DNA of 64,000 bases, taken from Spirochaetia bacterium (GTDB lineage: Bacteria; Spirochaetota; Spirochaetia; SZUA-6; Bin103). This document shows positions 61,211 through 64,000 of the stretch, in pieces (the first letter of the stretch is position 1; each line of letters begins with the position of its first letter). The notes below the pieces were generated by a model, which saw only the letters and a program-made list of their open reading frames with translations, ran no database searches and was not told the origin of the DNA. The position numbers were made by a program, and so were the translations under genes. The stretch spans positions 6,624,001 to 6,688,000 of the forward strand of contig CBDBDQ010000005.1 of assembly GCA_965203905.1 (NCBI GenBank), given 5' to 3'.

Positions 61211-61220
61211 GATTCCTCCT

Positions 61221-62165
61221 TCAAACCGGCATCGCGCGCTTGGTGTGGGCGCGCCCGATGCGGGCTATCTCCTGGTCCGGCGCGGTGATCACCAGTGCCC
61301 CGGCGTCGATCAACGCGGGAAAGTCGGCCGGCGCGGCATACCCGGTGAACGGGTGGAAGTATACCCCGCCCGCCTCACACGCCTCCTTGACCCGCTGTTC
61401 GATCTCCACCATCTCCTGCGGCCAGGGATCGGAAAGCGAGCGGATCCCGAGCGTCAGCGCCATGTCGCCCGGGCCCACCTCCGCGAACCCCACCCCCGGC
61501 ACCTGCATGATCTCCTCGACGTACGGCAGCGCCGCCTTCGATTCGATCTTGATGCCCAGGAACAGCTCGCCGTCGGGATTCAGCGGCCACGGATCCGCCT
61601 TTTCGATGTAGGTGTCGGCGTCCACGCCCCACACGTGGCCGGCGCTGTCCTCCGAGGCGATGCCGCGCATGCCGGTGCCGAGGCCGGTGCCGACGCCGAG
61701 ACGGTTGATCGGGTAGCGGCACGCCTCCACGAACGCCGCCACCGCGTCCGGCGTGTTGGCCTTGCACAGGATGATGCCGTGCACGCCGCGCGCCAGAAGC
61801 TGCTGGCACTGCCAGGCGTTGGCCTCCACCACCGCGCGCGAGGTGCCGTTGACCGGCGCCTCGACGATGATGGTCGGCGTGCGGTGGCCACTGCGCGTCG
61901 GCCCGGCGTCCACCATGCCGTGCAGGTAGTCGTCGAGCCCCGCCACGTTGAACGACCCGTGCTCGAAGCCCACGTTGATGTAGTCGGCCCAGTGCCCGGC
62001 GTCGGTCTGCCCCTGCTCGTAGGTGAGGACCGGGGTGTGGCTTGCGGTGAGCGCGCCCTTGGGCCTCCGGTGAAAGGTGCCGGCAAGCCCGGTGTGCCCA
62101 CCCACGTAGTAGATCGGCTGCCCGCACTCCAGCAACTCGATAGTCCGATTGATCCGGGTTCCCAT
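61221..62165 (-). CDS. HpcH/HpaI aldolase/citrate lyase family protein
   Basis: Start MGTRINRTIEL; paralog of 11296-12224. Confidence 0.88.
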   Translation of the reverse strand: MGTRINRTIELLECGQPIYYVGGHTGLAGTFHRRPKGALTASHTPVLTYEQGQTDAGHWADYINVGFEHGSFNVAGLDDYLHGMVDAGPTRSGHRTPTIIVEAPVNGTSRAVVEANAWQCQQLLARGVHGIILCKANTPDAVAAFVEACRYPINRLGVGTGLGTGMRGIASEDSAGHVWGVDADTYIEKADPWPLNPDGELFLGIKIESKAALPYVEEIMQVPGVGFAEVGPGDMALTLGIRSLSDPWPQEMVEIEQRVKEACEAGGVYFHPFTGYAAPADFPALIDAGALVITAPDQEIARIGRAHTKRAMPV

Positions 62166-62386
62166 GCTCCGCGTCGATGCCACCTCAGGGACACTGTAGC
62201 CTGATCCTGAAATCGCGACCAGCCAGCAATCAACAAACAAGCCGCGATGCTCGGTGAACCGCACCGGAAACCCACAGATTGCCGGCGCTCGCTTCCCCTC
62301 CCATTGCGTAGGGACCGGCAGCGGCCGTGCACCGCGGCGTCGGGCACTTTGAACGTCGGGACCGCGGCGGCTACCATTTCACCACT

Positions 62387-64000
62387 ATGTACAAGTGGCG
62401 TGAGTGCCTCCGCGCCGGTACCGCGGCGGCCGTCATGGCCCTGGTCTCGGCACATGCATCCGGTGAAGAACCATCCGTGGCTCGCCGCTGGAACGAGGTG
62501 ACCCTGGAAGCGATCCGCAACGACTTCGCCCGCCCGCCGCTGCACGCGCGCAACCTCTACCACCTGTCGGTGGCGATGTGGGACGCATGGGCGGTATACG
62601 ACACGGGCGCGGGCGGGAATCGCCCCCTGGCCCGGCCGATTCTGGCGGAGGAACGGGTGCGGACCGGCGACGTGGCGGCGTCCCGCAACGAGGCGATCAG
62701 CTACGCCGCCTACCGCGTGCTGGTCCATCGCTACCGCGAGTCGCCGGGGGCGGAGGAGTCGTTGCCGAGCTTCGACGCGCTGCTGGCCGAGCTCGGCTAC
62801 CACGCATCCAACGAAACCACTCGGGGAAACAGCGCCGCCGCAGTCGGCAACCGCGCGGCGTTGCGGGTGATCAGGCACGGCCTTGTCGACGGTGCCGACG
62901 AGCTCGGCGACTACGCGTTCGACAACGGCTACGAGCCGGTCAATCCCCCGCTCTTCGTAGCCCTGCCGGGCGCCGGCGAGCTGGCCGATCCGAACCGCTG
63001 GCAGCCGCTGTCGCTGCTGGAGTTCATCGATCAGGCCGGCCGGCGCCAAGCGGGCAACGTGCAGCGCTTCATCGGCTCCCACTGGGGGGAGGTGACGCCG
63101 TTCGCGCTGCCCCGCGCCGCGCTGGCGGCTCCCGGCGTCTACCACGACCCCGGAGCACCGCCGTACCTCCGCAGCGACCGGTCAGCCGAATATCGCGACG
63201 CGTTCGCGGAGGTCGTGCGCTTCAGCGCGACGCTCGATCCCGACGACGGCGTCCTCATGGACATCGGGCCGGGTGCGCTCGGCGGCAACTCGCTCGGGGC
63301 CAACGACGGCCGGGGTTACGCACGCAATCCGGTCACCGGCCGCCCATACGCCGCCAACGTCGTCAAGCGCGGCGACTGGACGCGCGTCATCGCCGAGTTC
63401 TGGGCCGACGGGCCCGACTCCGAGACGCCGCCCGGCCACTGGAACACGCTGGCCAACTACGTCACCGATCACCCGCAGCAGCGCCGCCTGCTGCGCGGCG
63501 CCGGTGCCGAGCTCGCCCCGCTGGAGTGGGACGTCAAGCTGTACCTGGCTCTGAACGGGGCGTTGCACGACGCCGCGGTCGCGGCCTGGGGCATCAAGGG
63601 CCACTACGACTACGTGCGGCCGATCACCGCGATTCGGTTCATGGCGCAACTCGGCCAGTCCTCCGACCCCTCCGGACCCGCCTACCACCCGCACGGACTG
63701 CCGCTGGAGCCCGGACTGATCGAGGTAATCACGCCGGAGTCCGCGGCGGCCGGCGAGCGCCACGCTCACCTCGCCGACCACGTCGGCGAGATCGCCGTGT
63801 ACGCGTGGCGCGGCCGGGCGCCGTCGGTAGTGCAGCGCACGTTCAACCGCCAGCAGATGGCGGCCAGCGTGATCCCGGAAGTTCCCGTGATCAAGCGAAC
63901 GCCGCCGCGCGAGCTGACCGGCAACGACTACTGGGGCGCCGGTTGGATCCGCGCCACCGAGTGGCTGCCCTATCAGCGCGACAGCTTCGTCACGCCGCCG
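62387..64000 (+). CDS. Secreted vanadium-dependent haloperoxidase-like protein (runs off window)
   Basis: Not in the ORF track. Signal peptide ending AHA; VARRWNE..HARNLYH..MWDAW, EFWADGP..PPGHW and DAAVAAWGIKGHYDYVRP motifs. Confidence 0.85.
   Translation, partial: MYKWRECLRAGTAAAVMALVSAHASGEEPSVARRWNEVTLEAIRNDFARPPLHARNLYHLSVAMWDAWAVYDTGAGGNRPLARPILAEERVRTGDVAASRNEAISYAAYRVLVHRYRESPGAEESLPSFDALLAELGYHASNETTRGNSAAAVGNRAALRVIRHGLVDGADELGDYAFDNGYEPVNPPLFVALPGAGELADPNRWQPLSLLEFIDQAGRRQAGNVQRFIGSHWGEVTPFALPRAALAAPGVYHDPGAPPYLRSDRSAEYRDAFAEVVRFSATLDPDDGVLMDIGPGALGGNSLGANDGRGYARNPVTGRPYAANVVKRGDWTRVIAEFWADGPDSETPPGHWNTLANYVTDHPQQRRLLRGAGAELAPLEWDVKLYLALNGALHDAAVAAWGIKGHYDYVRPITAIRFMAQLGQSSDPSGPAYHPHGLPLEPGLIEVITPESAAAGERHAHLADHVGEIAVYAWRGRAPSVVQRTFNRQQMAASVIPEVPVIKRTPPRELTGNDYWGAGWIRATEWLPYQRDSFVTPP

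Noticed and set aside
61580-63781. Long minus-strand ORFs (521 aa, 199 aa) and similar antisense ORFs at 31735, 39504 and 25060
   Set aside because: Shadow frames of real genes on the opposite strand in high-GC DNA.

Overview
GC-rich bacterial accessory region. The signal-peptide style of the solute-binding proteins and the AAA/PD-(D/E)XK expansion suggest a host-associated spirochaete, possibly a sponge symbiont; this is inference only. The backbone is a co-oriented minus-strand array of peptide/nickel-type ABC cassettes: six family-5 solute-binding proteins (SBPs), seven dppB-like and five dppC-like permease genes, and no ATPase subunit. SBPs and the 5' half of dppB are strongly divergent, while the dppB 3' half and four of the five dppC copies are near-identical. 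Between cassettes lie about seven toxin-antitoxin pairs plus remnants, two clan AA aspartic proteases, a desaturase, two aldolases, a nitroreductase, a vanadium-haloperoxidase-like gene and many internally deleted gene fragments, often bounded by orphan dppC 3' tails. Three mobile elements have visible ends. (1) A 4.3 kb four-gene Mu/Tn7-like transposon carrying an extra RecA-fold ATPase. (2) An IS110 whose upstream non-coding region matches both its target and its donor junction; this is a candidate bridge RNA whose target is the reverse complement of a TTGACA -35 box. (3) An IS1182, plus a 47 bp derivative of its ends. Scattered single-base indels look like long-read errors, so frameshift-only pseudogene calls are uncertain. 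No rRNA, tRNA or CRISPR array was seen.
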